This document shows positions 1 through 9,762 of a stretch of 64,000 bases of DNA, piece by piece. The position numbers were made by a program, and so were the translations under genes. Origin of the DNA: an uncultured Alphaproteobacteria bacterium (GTDB lineage Bacteria > Pseudomonadota > Alphaproteobacteria > RF32 > CAG-239); NCBI GenBank assembly GCA_949282205.1, contig CASDOS010000059.1, positions 77,922 to 141,921 of the forward strand, read 5' to 3'. The notes under the pieces were generated by a model. That model searched no databases, was not told the DNA's origin, and saw only the letters and a program-made list of their open reading frames with translations. Numbering within the stretch: the stretch's first letter is position 1; each line of letters begins with the position of its first letter.

Positions 1-968
1 TTGTACGCCCAGACATCGGATTGATCTCGATCGCCGCACCAGTAGTGTTTTTGATTGGCATTCCAACCATACAAAATCGGTTCATACTGCCGCTGATAAT
101 CCGCCCGTCCAAGTGTGAAAGTGTTTTTGGCCCAGATGATAAAGGTCGACCATTTGCCTCCAGCGGCGATAAAAGCATTGTAAAGAGTATGAAGTTCGCT
201 GGAACTCATACAGATATACACTGCTCCCTTGTTGAACATCATAAGGTTGGACAGGCTGTCAGCTAGAAATTGTGCAAAACCATCGCCGAGATTATCATTC
301 ATAATTTTACGTCCGCCCAGTGTTCCGGCATGATAACGCAGACTGTCTTTCATGGTTGAGCCATAGTTCACATTATACGGAGGATCGGTAAAAATCATGG
401 CCGCGACATCATCCTGCATCAGTTTTTTGACATCGTCATATATGGTGGTATCGCCACACAGCAGACGGTGTTCGCCTAAAAGCCAGATATCACCGGGCTT
501 GGTCACCGCTTCTTCAGGAACTTCCGGCACTTCATCCTCATTGGCATCAGAAGAAGTTTCCTGCTCGCCGAAAGCATCCAGTTCTTTTAATTCCTCTTCA
601 GAAAATCCCAAAATATCAAGGTTAAACTCTAGTTCGCCCAGTTCTTTCATCTCCAGCGCCAGCATCTCCTCATCCCAGCCGGCGTTTAGAGCGATTTTAT
701 TATCGGCGATGACCAACGCCCGCCGCTGTGTCTCTGTCAGATGCGGCAGACGGATGACTGGAACTTCTTTTAATCCCATGCGTTGAGCCGCAAGCAGTCT
801 GCCATGCCCGGCAATAATGACATCATCCACACCAATCAAAATCGGATTGGTAAAGCCGAACTCTTTGATGCTGGCGGCAATCTGAGCGATTTGCTCATCG
901 TTATGTGTGCGCGAGTTGCGCGCGTAGGGGATGAGCTTATCCACCGGATAATTCTCTTGGAATTCCAT
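1..968 (-). CDS. ParB-like N-terminal domain fused to amino-DNA methyltransferase, phage type (partial, runs off left edge)
   Basis: Manual translation from ATG 968 (RBS GGAG): MEFQENYPVDKLIPYARNSRTHNDEQIAQIAASIKEFGFTNPILI...IIAGHGRL...GEHRLLCGD...FTDPPYNV. The frame is open to the window edge. Absent from the ORF track. Confidence 0.9.
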   Translation of the reverse strand, partial: MEFQENYPVDKLIPYARNSRTHNDEQIAQIAASIKEFGFTNPILIGVDDVIIAGHGRLLAAQRMGLKEVPVIRLPHLTETQRRALVIADNKIALNAGWDEEMLALEMKELGELEFNLDILGFSEEELKELDAFGEQETSSDANEDEVPEVPEEAVTKPGDIWLLGEHRLLCGDTTIYDDVKKLMQDDVAAMIFTDPPYNVNYGSTMKDSLRYHAGTLGGRKIMNDNLGDGFAQFLADSLSNLMMFNKGAVYICMSSSELHTLYNAFIAAGGKWSTFIIWAKNTFTLGRADYQRQYEPILYGWNANQKHYWCGDRDQSDVWAY

Positions 969-1116
969 AAATTTCTCCGTAAAAAACAAAAATGACCAGA
1001 CAAAAGACATGGGGCGACCAGCCACCCAAAATAAAATAACTCTGAAAACCTTGTTTTGCTTGGTTTTCAGAGATATACCGACCAGTAAACAAAAAAGCGT
1101 TTCGCTAGAATTGCGC

Positions 1117-1160
1117 CGCGACTTGCGCCCCCGCATACGATTTAATCACGGGAAGGACCC
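1117..1160 (-). other. Lambda-like cos packaging site (cosQ + cosN-like)
   Basis: Minus strand reads GGGTCCT-TCCCGTGATTAAATCGTATGC-GGGGGCGCAAGT-CGCG; lambda reads GGGTCCT-TTCCGGTGATCCGACAGGTTACG-GGGCGGCGACCT-CGCG. The cosQ heptamer is exact and the spacing is 2 nt shorter. Confidence 0.65.
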
Positions 1161-2767
1161 GCTAATAAAGTTATAGAAAAGTCTGAAAGTTTTTGCAATA
1201 ATATAGGAACATCTCGATTATTTAAAATATGATGTGTCATATTTGTTGAATAATCAATAGAATTGATATTTAAAAAAGCGTTATATTTATCTAATTCTTG
1301 CTCCTTTAGAGTAGCACTAAATATAATTTGATTTGGCAATTCATTAAATTTCCTTATAATAATATTTTCTTTTGCTGTTGATATTTCGCCTTCTCTAAAT
1401 GCATCAATAATTACAGGAAATGGATGTTTTAATATTTTAGCAAGAGCATATAATTTTACTAAATAAAACTCACACTCTTCACTACCAGAATAATTAACAT
1501 CTCTTTTAGAAAACAATCCATCAAACACAAAGCCACCCGTTGGTTCCAATATTTTATAAAATGAATTCATTTCTGATAATAATTTATTCAGCAAAGCATC
1601 TCTTGAAGCTACATTCAAATTTTCTTTATCTTTTTCCATTTTTAATAAATTATCATATTTATTTAATTCACAATCAATTTGATTAATACGTTCATCGGCA
1701 GCTTCAGATGATTGAATACTATCTTTATAAAATACAAGGCTTTCAAAAGATATATCTTCATCTTTTAATAATTCTTTTAATTCCCTTTGCGTATCTAAAA
1801 TTTTTTGATTAATTATATCTAAGTCTTCATTTGCGCTCTCTATTCTATTTTGGATGGCAAACATAACATTATTTCTTATCTCTTTATCAGAAACATCAAA
1901 ATTGACATCTTTGTTAGCATTCTCATATCCTATATGCTGTCCATGACAATCTAAACAAATAAGTGCACCTTCAGTTAAAGAACGACTTAATGAACGTAAT
2001 TCACTAATTAGTGCTTCATTTTTCAATTTGCGATTTTGAATTCTATTGCGATCATTTTTTAATGATATTAATTTATTATTTAATATTTCAGCATCATGAA
2101 CTTTTTTTAAATACAAGTCTCTATCTACTGTATATGTTGCAAAACCTGCTGAAGATGAGTACTTGTTTAAAAATTTTTCCTTTTTTCGTATTTGCTCTCT
2201 CTCTTCCTTTAAAGATTTTTGTTTTCTTCTTATTTCTTCTATATCTATATTTGAAATTATTTTTGAACAACCTGCATATGAATACAACATATTCATAAAA
2301 TCTTCTTTATTATTGTATCCGCTATTAAATATTTTAGAAGTATCTCTTTTATCTTGTCCTACAAAAAATAATTGATAAAACAAATCTAGATCAGCTATTT
2401 TTTCTCTATCCTCCTTTATTATTCTGGGTATAGTATATATATGCTCATCAAAAAACCTCTTAAATTCAGAACTACTATTAAAAATATTAAGTGTCTTCTT
2501 ATTTCGAAATAAAAAAGTTTTATTTTTTCTACATACTGAAAAAATCTCATTTTCCAAAGATAAATCAACAATAAAATAATAATTTTCATAGTCAAAAGTG
2601 CTTGGAAAAATAGGTGTATTACCTAAAGCATAATAAAGTCCTTGTAAGACAATAGTCTTACCCTTGTTATTATCATCGCTATATATAATATTAATACCGT
2701 CATCAAACCTTGATTCACAAAAGGCTTCTTTTTCATTACCAATGTAAAGACTTAAAAATTTAAGCAT
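1142..2767 (-). CDS. Rad50/SMC-like ABC ATPase, Lamassu LmuB-like
   Basis: Walker A-like SDDNNKGKT, long coiled coil with central CLDC zinc hook, signature YSGSE, Walker B PVIID. Likely start ATG 2767 overlaps the upstream stop. Very AT-rich. Confidence 0.75.
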   Translation of the reverse strand: MLKFLSLYIGNEKEAFCESRFDDGINIIYSDDNNKGKTIVLQGLYYALGNTPIFPSTFDYENYYFIVDLSLENEIFSVCRKNKTFLFRNKKTLNIFNSSSEFKRFFDEHIYTIPRIIKEDREKIADLDLFYQLFFVGQDKRDTSKIFNSGYNNKEDFMNMLYSYAGCSKIISNIDIEEIRRKQKSLKEEREQIRKKEKFLNKYSSSAGFATYTVDRDLYLKKVHDAEILNNKLISLKNDRNRIQNRKLKNEALISELRSLSRSLTEGALICLDCHGQHIGYENANKDVNFDVSDKEIRNNVMFAIQNRIESANEDLDIINQKILDTQRELKELLKDEDISFESLVFYKDSIQSSEAADERINQIDCELNKYDNLLKMEKDKENLNVASRDALLNKLLSEMNSFYKILEPTGGFVFDGLFSKRDVNYSGSEECEFYLVKLYALAKILKHPFPVIIDAFREGEISTAKENIIIRKFNELPNQIIFSATLKEQELDKYNAFLNINSIDYSTNMTHHILNNRDVPILLQKLSDFSITLLAGPSRD

Positions 2768-3788
2768 ATCGTAACCCATCTTTCACTAATGCAATAAAAA
2801 ACTTTGTCGAGGAGATATTCAAAAATTGAATTTTATTAATTTTATCAGCATCCAACAAATTATATAAATCATCAACATTATACATTGGATATAAAGAAAC
2901 ATATTTATAAATATCTTCAAATAAACTCCAATATGCTGCACTATTATTTTTATCACACATAATACGAGCCATACAATCTTGACACTCTTCAAGAAGGTCT
3001 TGCTGGTCTAAGGTATTAAGATTTTCTAGAACAGGAAAAAAACTTATTGGCGTTTGATTTATGCCATTTCGATGAATTAAACGACTTAAAACTAACATTT
3101 TCACTTCGTGACTCGTTAAATGTTTTTTATATTTTTCAAATTCTACAAGAGCATTAATTGTTACGTTCTCTGTATTTATATTTTTTTTATCCGTTTGTTT
3201 CTCTCTAATTTGGTCAAATATTCGATTTAAATAATCATCAGAAGGTAAAATATCTGGATTAATTTTTATTATTCTTTTGATATAATTTGCTTTTTCTGTA
3301 TCCGCTACAACAAAAACAACTTTTGATAAAAAATCACTTATATTGTTATCAGAAATTAAATTATTATCTATATAGGTCTTTTTTTCTGCTTCTTTCTTTA
3401 AGTATTTAAATATTGCTGTTTGAGCTTTCTTTGTAAAATTACAAATATCAAATTCACGCAAATTATTATCGACTAATATCGTAGAAGAAAAACCATTCGT
3501 AAACAATATATATGAATTAAATTTAAAATCTGATAAATAATTTTTATATAAAGTTACTAAATACCTTCCCGTTGCAGATTGTGATAAATTAGTACAGGCC
3601 TTTGATTGAACATCCCAACCACATGATCCTGCTCTATCCACCCCCGTAACATCATTAAAAAAATCAACAACATAGTAAAAAATATCGTCACTATCCTGTC
3701 TAAAACTCATAAGATAAAGGAGCGCTTTCGTTTCTTGTGTAGAAGCACTTTCATTATTTCGTTCAGATGCTGTTACTGTGTAAGACAT
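2760..3788 (-). CDS. Putative Cap4/DUF4297-like PD-(D/E)XK nuclease effector, Lamassu LmuA-like
   Basis: N-terminal E...D(FFND)V...DVQSK pattern (D...QxK nuclease-like). Translationally coupled to the SMC-like ATPase; AT-rich insert. Confidence 0.6.
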   Translation of the reverse strand: MSYTVTASERNNESASTQETKALLYLMSFRQDSDDIFYYVVDFFNDVTGVDRAGSCGWDVQSKACTNLSQSATGRYLVTLYKNYLSDFKFNSYILFTNGFSSTILVDNNLREFDICNFTKKAQTAIFKYLKKEAEKKTYIDNNLISDNNISDFLSKVVFVVADTEKANYIKRIIKINPDILPSDDYLNRIFDQIREKQTDKKNINTENVTINALVEFEKYKKHLTSHEVKMLVLSRLIHRNGINQTPISFFPVLENLNTLDQQDLLEECQDCMARIMCDKNNSAAYWSLFEDIYKYVSLYPMYNVDDLYNLLDADKINKIQFLNISSTKFFIALVKDGLRYA

Positions 3789-3849
3789 AGTGTTTTCCTA
3801 AGTTCTCGTATACTGTATAACAGCAAAATATAAAAAAAACAATGAAAAT

Positions 3850-4850
3850 TTAAATCAATCCATCCCGACATAACCTAGCGAACACAGGCTTATTCAGCCC
3901 AAGCTCGGTAATAATTTCGGAGGGTTGCTTGATAATTTGCCATTTCTGCACATTACTCATGCCATTTTTAACCGTTTTTACGGCCGCGCTTGGCAGTTCT
4001 GACCGGCCGATACAGGAAGAGAGATAAACAAAGCACTCGTCATTGTCTTCAAGATACTGCAAAGCCAAGCGGCGCACGTAAATGTTAAGCGTGACGTCAG
4101 CCTTGCTACCATCTTTCGTCCATGGACTGCCGCCGCCAATCGGACAAGCCGTTCCATAAAAATCACATGCCAGCTTCCGACCGGTCACGCCGCAATCAGC
4201 CACTGATGAATGATATTTATATGTTCCCGTGCCATTGACAATAATATTTTCCGGCTCCTCTCCCAGCGCCAAAACAATAAAAGTCGTCAGGTCAACATCT
4301 TTAAGCATCGGAACAGCCACAACCACCGTTTCCACACCGCCAAGCTCATTCAGTGTAATCTGCGTTTTGATGTCAATGCCCAGGTGGATGTTTTGCAAAG
4401 CATACTCATATAAGGCGTTGCATAATTTTTTGGCCAAATATTGTTCGCGGCTGATATTACCCGTACCCTGACAAGCGTAACCAACAAATACACCCTGATC
4501 ACCCCAGCCGTCTTGTTCAACTCCTTGTGAAATATCTGCCGACTGCTTGCCAATAAGATTGATAATCTGCAGTTTCTCGGGATTAATGGCGTAATTTCCC
4601 CAACGATGGCTGTAAAACTTATCGTACCCGATTTCCGCCAGCGCTTCGACAACATAAAAATTAATTCTTGCCAGGTTTACATCACCCGTGATTTCACCGC
4701 CCAACACAACCGTGTTATCTTTTACCATTACTTCAACGGCATATTTGACCGCCGCGTCTTGTTCAATCATCCTGTCTAAAATATAAGACGAAATATAATC
4801 CACCATTTTGTCAGGGTGTCCAAGCGACACCGCTTCCGCAGTTTTTTCAT
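3850..4850 (-). CDS. Phage-encoded S-adenosylmethionine synthetase (MetK-like), with an apparent 1-nt frameshift at its start
   Basis: Motifs GHPDK, GWGDQG, DCGVTGRKL..D.YG, GGGSPWTKDGSKAD. RBS AGGAG + ATG at 4850 is out of frame by one base across an A6 run; the ORF track uses GTG 4830. Confidence 0.85.
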
Positions 4851-4871
4851 CGCCGCTCCTTTATCAAGCAT

Positions 4872-4953
4872 AAAAAAGGCCCGTAGGCGATATACCTGCG
4901 GACTCTAAAAAAATATCAAAAAGGGCGGATTGTTCACCTCCGCCCCGATTATA
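4872..4953 (-). terminator. Late-leader region: TATAAT (4948-4953) followed by two tandem intrinsic terminators (4918-4946, 4872-4903)
   Basis: Minus strand GGGGCGGA-ggtgaacaa-TCCGCCC-TTTTT and GTCCGCAGG-tatatcg-CCTACGGGC-CTTTTTT lie between the DUF6362-like gene and metK. Confidence 0.7.
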
Positions 4954-4999
4954 CCTGTTTTTGTAACCGTTTTTTGCTGATTTGTAAACCACGAAAATG

Positions 5000-5380
5000 T
5001 CAATGACATTTTAGGCATCCATATTGAATTTTAATAAGGGCTTTTTCATGGCGCAAGGCCAATATCTGCCGTGAAACGCCAAATTCCCGGCACAACAACT
5101 TCCAGGGAATACGGTTGGCTCTTTTCCAAACCAGCCGGCGTTCGTCAACCGATAATATGGGCAGCCACTCCAGCATCACCTGTTCCCATAAAGATATCTG
5201 CTCCTGATTCGGACGGACTTTAAGAGGACGCTTGTCCATAAAAACAATTTCCTGCGGCGTGTAAATAATATCCGGCATACAACACCGGTATTTGGGAGCG
5301 CGGACAGCCGGCAAAAGCCTATCCACATAAGCGGCGGTTTCCAAATCTTGCTTGATTTTTTCAATTGTAATATCAGCCAT
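5000..5380 (-). CDS. DUF6362-like phage transcription regulator
   Basis: Pattern W(LP)IL..DERRLVW.RA.RIPWK..CR.FG.SR, typical of this alphaproteobacterial prophage family; located ahead of the late genes. Confidence 0.7.
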   Translation of the reverse strand: MADITIEKIKQDLETAAYVDRLLPAVRAPKYRCCMPDIIYTPQEIVFMDKRPLKVRPNQEQISLWEQVMLEWLPILSVDERRLVWKRANRIPWKLLCREFGVSRQILALRHEKALIKIQYGCLKCH

Positions 5381-6029
5381 TTTGCACCACCTTTACCTTG
5401 CCGAGCACATCCGAACAAACATTCGCCAGAGTCTCCATCTCCGAATAAGCGATGCCGTTTTCCTTGCAAAACCATTTCCGAACCGCCTTTTTCCAGTCCA
5501 CGGCAATGTATTTTTTACCGTTCATCCAACCGCGTGCCTCATTCCAGCGCACAAAAGCAGCCGGATCTATCGTGTAACCGCTTTCCTGACAATACGCCGC
5601 CACGTCATCTACAGTCGGTGCACCGGCGTAAACAGGCTTATCCACAACCTCCGACCCTTTATCTTTATCTACAGATTCACATACATATACCGATTCATTC
5701 TCCGATTCATCTGATGGGGATGTTGGCACATTTGCTTGCTCTTTGTTGGAACTTTGCTTTGATTTTGCTTGACGTTTGCTGTTTTTTTGCTTGGCGCTGG
5801 CTTGACGCTTTTCACGGATTTCCAAATATTTGGCATTGTTTTTCTCAATTGTTTCCTGAATTAATGAAAAACGCTTTTTTACCGGGTCTGATAATTTAAA
5901 AGAAACATCTCCGTAAAAATTTTTTTCACACAGCGCAATTATTAAATCAGCTATCTGACTTTTCTTAAAGTTATGCACAGCCGCAAGGAAATCCGCCGGA
6001 TACAAAACAAAGGATGTTTTTTTATCCAT
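5373..6029 (-). CDS. Putative phage replication initiation protein
   Basis: N-terminal domain, K/Q-rich linker and C-terminal PTVDDVAAYC...F...N.ARGW...DWK.A.R.W motif, as in phage replication initiators. Confidence 0.55.
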   Translation of the reverse strand: MDKKTSFVLYPADFLAAVHNFKKSQIADLIIALCEKNFYGDVSFKLSDPVKKRFSLIQETIEKNNAKYLEIREKRQASAKQKNSKRQAKSKQSSNKEQANVPTSPSDESENESVYVCESVDKDKGSEVVDKPVYAGAPTVDDVAAYCQESGYTIDPAAFVRWNEARGWMNGKKYIAVDWKKAVRKWFCKENGIAYSEMETLANVCSDVLGKVKVVQNG

Positions 6030-6243
6030 TTTGCCCTCCGTCTTTGGAAGCCTTCTTTATATTTTTAATGCCCTGTATCCATTCCAGCGCCAAACTTGTG
6101 CGTTTGACCTCGTCTTGTATCATTTTTTCCAAACGGTCGAGAGCAGACATTTCCATATCCAATAAATAAATGACCGGAATTTTGCGTATCTCTTCCGTGA
6201 TATAAACCGTGCGATCGTTTTTTCTCATGAGGGTTCCTTCCAA
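6022..6243 (-). CDS. Small phage hypothetical protein
   Basis: 73-aa ORF overlapping the start of the next prophage gene. Confidence 0.55.
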   Translation of the reverse strand: MEGTLMRKNDRTVYITEEIRKIPVIYLLDMEMSALDRLEKMIQDEVKRTSLALEWIQGIKNIKKASKDGGQNG

Positions 6244-6294
6244 AATTTGTTAATGACAACAGGAACACCCGCTGAAAATCAAAAATCGTTTCCG

Positions 6295-6771
6295 TTATTT
6301 TAATTTTTTTCTCATTTTTTCAAAAAAGCCGTAAATAGTTTTTTTACTGACATGCAGATCTCTGGAAATCTGATCAATGCTGTCGCCGCATAGAATACAC
6401 TTTACAATCTCTTTCTCCTTAGGTTCGGCGCAATTCATAATTTCACTGACAATCAACCGCGTTTCCGTGTTTTCCTCAAAAGAAAACTCCTCATCAGCGT
6501 CATAGTCGGCCAATGAGGAGTATAAGAAATCGCGGCGATGGTATCTTTGCGTCAACAGGTTCGTGGCGTATTGCTTTATGGAATGCACCACTAAAGCCTC
6601 GTCCACATCCTGAACATTGTAAAACCGCCTCAAATAAAAAAGTAACAGCTCTTGAATTAAATCTTCCCGATCTTCATAAGAAAAGATCGGGGTTGACAAC
6701 AATCTGCGAATTTGCGATAAAATTGTTATGCGGACATACGTAGGCAGTCCGTTAAAAACATTCAAGTTCAT
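6295..6771 (-). CDS. Sigma-70-like / HTH DNA-binding protein
   Basis: Region-2-like DREDLIQELLL and a C-terminal HTH (GDSIDQISRDLHVSKKTIY). Confidence 0.7.
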   Translation of the reverse strand: MNLNVFNGLPTYVRITILSQIRRLLSTPIFSYEDREDLIQELLLFYLRRFYNVQDVDEALVVHSIKQYATNLLTQRYHRRDFLYSSLADYDADEEFSFEENTETRLIVSEIMNCAEPKEKEIVKCILCGDSIDQISRDLHVSKKTIYGFFEKMRKKLK

Positions 6772-6930
6772 TGATAAGCCTCGTTAAATAATTGAATAGA
6801 GGCTTATTTTCAGGTTTAATCCATTTGCGTGCAATATACAGATAAAGCAATCATAAGTTGAAAATATACCACAGATAAGGACTTGACGTTATTTTAATAA
6901 AATATCGCCTGTGCAAAAATCTGTGTACAA

Positions 6931-8601
6931 TCAAAAACTGAAGCCATACTTTAATCGCTGCTGAGACCAAAGCAATGGAATTTCCGATTCTAAAATTTTA
7001 CGAAGGGAAAGTGTTTTGGGATAAACGCCATCCACAATGGCCGTCACAATATCCGGAGCAAGATACGTCATGCGCAACACTTTGCCGACATATTCACGGC
7101 TCAAACCTTCGCTCTTTGCCAAATCTTCGATAAACAGGTTTTCTTTTTTCATTTTATCCTGCCAAACAAAAGCTTTTATCAATGCCAAATATAATGGATT
7201 ATTTTCGTCAGGTTTATATTTCTCGGGAGCGAATATTTTCAGTGAGCCGCGTTTCCGGCGTAAGCAGACGCGGTATAAAATCTCGTTTCTTTCACCATTA
7301 ATATTATTGGGAAACAAATCGTCTTTCATTTTATCGTCCATCAAACTGACGGCCAGTTCTGTATACATAATTTTGATACGATCAACATCCACGCGGATTT
7401 TTTGAACAAGCATAATCAATAGTTGGCGTAAAGTAATAGAAGACAATCTCTGAATAAAATCATCACCATCCTGTAATTTAGAAATAATTTGCACATCTTT
7501 AATATCTGGACGTATGATTTTTGCCTGTTCTATCAATCCGGAAAGGATTTTAGGCGATTTGATAATGCCTGCAATTTGCCGCAAGACGAAATTATCCATC
7601 TCGCCGGCGGGAATGCTTCCTATCTTGCAATTATTAAAGCCTTCTTTAACCGCACGGAAAGAGGTGTAATATTCGTAAACTTTGTTCTTTTTATTTGATT
7701 TTGTGGAAATCATCGCCGCCTGGCAACAGTCGCAATAAATGAGGCCTTTAAGCAGAGCATGTTCAACAAAACGAGATGGTGCAAGCCTGCCAACGCGGTT
7801 CTGACTTTTGATTTTTTGAACTTCATCAAATAATTCCTGTGAAATGATTGCGTGATGCTGGCCGTTGTAAACCTTGTCTTTATGAGGAACTTTGCCGATA
7901 TAAAGCACGTTTTTCAACATGCTGCTTACGCGCATATGGGTAAATTTCCCATTTCCCTTGCTTAATGTGGTGTAACCATTGTTGTTAAGCCATTCTGCCA
8001 CCGCAATTTCTGAACGAAGAATCAGATATTTTTCAAAAGCTAAACGCACAATTTTCGCTTCCTCGGGAATAATCTCCAATTTTTTATTCACGGAAACATA
8101 ACCAAGCGGTAAAATACCACCCATCCACATGCCCTTCTTTTTGGAAGCATCCACTTTATCCCGGATGCGCTCGGTAATAACCTCCCGCTCAAATTGAGCA
8201 AAAGAAAGTAAAACATTCAGCGTCAGGCGCCCCATGGAATCATAAGTGTTAAAATTCTGCGTCACTGACACAAAAGAACATTGATTGCGGTCAAAAATTT
8301 CGACAAGTTTTGAAAAATCAATCAGCGAACGTGTCAGCCTGTCGATTTTATAAACAACAATCATATCAACCATTCCAGCCTCAACATCCTTTAAAAGCTG
8401 TTGCAAGGCCGGACGTTTCAATGTGCCTCCAGAAAAACCGCCATCGTCATAATGGGTGGGGATGATTTCCCATCCTTGATAAGCCTGGCTTTTAATGTAG
8501 TTTTCACCGGATTCCCGTTGCGCTTCCAGCGTGTTAAATTCTTTTTCAAGACCATCTTCTGTTGATTTCCGGGTATAAACGGCACATCGTATGGTTTTCA
8601 T
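6931..8601 (-). CDS. Large serine recombinase (integrase)
   Basis: CAVYTRKST catalytic Ser motif, YKIDRLTRS, recombinase domain, LLKGLIYCDCC zinc ribbon. Confidence 0.95.
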   Translation of the reverse strand: MKTIRCAVYTRKSTEDGLEKEFNTLEAQRESGENYIKSQAYQGWEIIPTHYDDGGFSGGTLKRPALQQLLKDVEAGMVDMIVVYKIDRLTRSLIDFSKLVEIFDRNQCSFVSVTQNFNTYDSMGRLTLNVLLSFAQFEREVITERIRDKVDASKKKGMWMGGILPLGYVSVNKKLEIIPEEAKIVRLAFEKYLILRSEIAVAEWLNNNGYTTLSKGNGKFTHMRVSSMLKNVLYIGKVPHKDKVYNGQHHAIISQELFDEVQKIKSQNRVGRLAPSRFVEHALLKGLIYCDCCQAAMISTKSNKKNKVYEYYTSFRAVKEGFNNCKIGSIPAGEMDNFVLRQIAGIIKSPKILSGLIEQAKIIRPDIKDVQIISKLQDGDDFIQRLSSITLRQLLIMLVQKIRVDVDRIKIMYTELAVSLMDDKMKDDLFPNNINGERNEILYRVCLRRKRGSLKIFAPEKYKPDENNPLYLALIKAFVWQDKMKKENLFIEDLAKSEGLSREYVGKVLRMTYLAPDIVTAIVDGVYPKTLSLRKILESEIPLLWSQQRLKYGFSF

Positions 8602-9011
8602 TTATTTTCTCCCAATCCAAAGAAAAAGCGTCCGGAAATTCGTTTGCCCGTGATTTTTAAAGCAACCGCGGACAGACTTTTGTAATAAATTCCCTCAAAT
8701 TGGAAACCGGCGGTGGAAACAATGACATTATATTCTTTTCCGCGATAGGTCTTAACCAGACGGGTTCCAACCGGAGGAAGTCCCGTGCCATCGTTGTCCT
8801 CGGCGTACTTCAAAACCGTTTTGCCAAGCAATAGGCTTTTAATATGTTCCGGAACACCGCCATAGGCGAGTTCTTGCATTCGATAGGCAAGTCTGGGAAT
8901 ATAAAAACGCTTGGTTTTCCAAATCGGCTCACTGTCAAAATATTGCCGCCACATTTCTTTTAACTCGCCAACACTCATATCGTTGAGCCGTAAAACGTCA
9001 GTTTCCACCAT
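8598..9011 (-). CDS. DUF2924 family protein
   Basis: LAYRMQELAYGG and GTRLVKTYRG...YKSLSAVA..ITG...SGRFFFGL. RBS AGGAG before ATG 9011; 4-nt overlap with the recombinase. Confidence 0.85.
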   Translation of the reverse strand: MVETDVLRLNDMSVGELKEMWRQYFDSEPIWKTKRFYIPRLAYRMQELAYGGVPEHIKSLLLGKTVLKYAEDNDGTGLPPVGTRLVKTYRGKEYNVIVSTAGFQFEGIYYKSLSAVALKITGKRISGRFFFGLGENK

Positions 9012-9510
9012 TTTCAACTCCTTTCTCAACAACATGAATGCTCTTTATTCTCTTATTATCCAGTCCTTTCTGCGGCAAATCCGGACTATTTTTTCCATCA
9101 ATCAAAGCCAAAAGTTCCGGCAGTAAAAGTTGTATGATTTTTTGAATGTCTGTCATTTTGAACCTCCGACAGGATCACCCGTATAAAATCAAAAACCGTT
9201 TCCAAAAATTTTCAAAAAAGCGCATCAGATTGAAATTAAAAGAAAAATATTTGTATCAATATAATTGCCTCTTATACAAAGAGAACCAAAAGAGGAAGGT
9301 GGGCTCAAAAGCGCCTGTGGAAACAATAAAAACATGGTAATCTCTTGAAGGGCGTTGTTTGAGCTGTTCAGACCTTCAAAAAAGTATATATTTGGGGTGT
9401 TTTGAACCGATTTTGGCAAAAAAACAAAGATACTGGAGAATAGGGTGCGCCCATCAAAATAAAAGATGAATCCCGCGGTTTCTTTAACTTTTCAAGGTAT
9501 TGGGGAAACA

Positions 9511-9540
9511 AAAAAAGAGGAAGTATAAACTTCCTCTTTT
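9511..9540 (-). terminator. Intrinsic terminator after tRNA-fMet
   Basis: AAAAGAGGAAG/CTTCCTCTTTT inverted repeat with A/T tails. Confidence 0.75.
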
Positions 9541-9545
9541 CCTTT

Positions 9546-9622
<77 letters not shown>

Positions 9623-9762
9623 ATAAGTATGTATGTCATGAACAGAAGAACATATATACTCAAAAAAAATAGTTGTCAATAATATTTTTTAATATTTTGC
9701 ATAAAAAATTCGATATGGTAAAAATAGAACAGTCCGAACGCAAGAGAAAGGTCTGAGAGCAG

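Larger units (their letters stand above)
1..9500 (-). mobile_element. Prophage (right-hand part; continues off the left edge), adjacent to the 3' end of tRNA-fMet
   Basis: Co-oriented minus-strand block: DUF2924-like gene, large serine recombinase, HTH/sigma-like gene, replication-type protein, DUF6362-like regulator, SAM synthetase, ParB-methyltransferase and cos-like site. The right boundary is approximate. Confidence 0.85.

Noticed and set aside
21-995. Plus-strand ORFs 21-266, 397-786 and 783-995, and similar antisense ORFs over accC, thrS, htpG and others
   Set aside because: These are shadow frames opposite well-supported genes.
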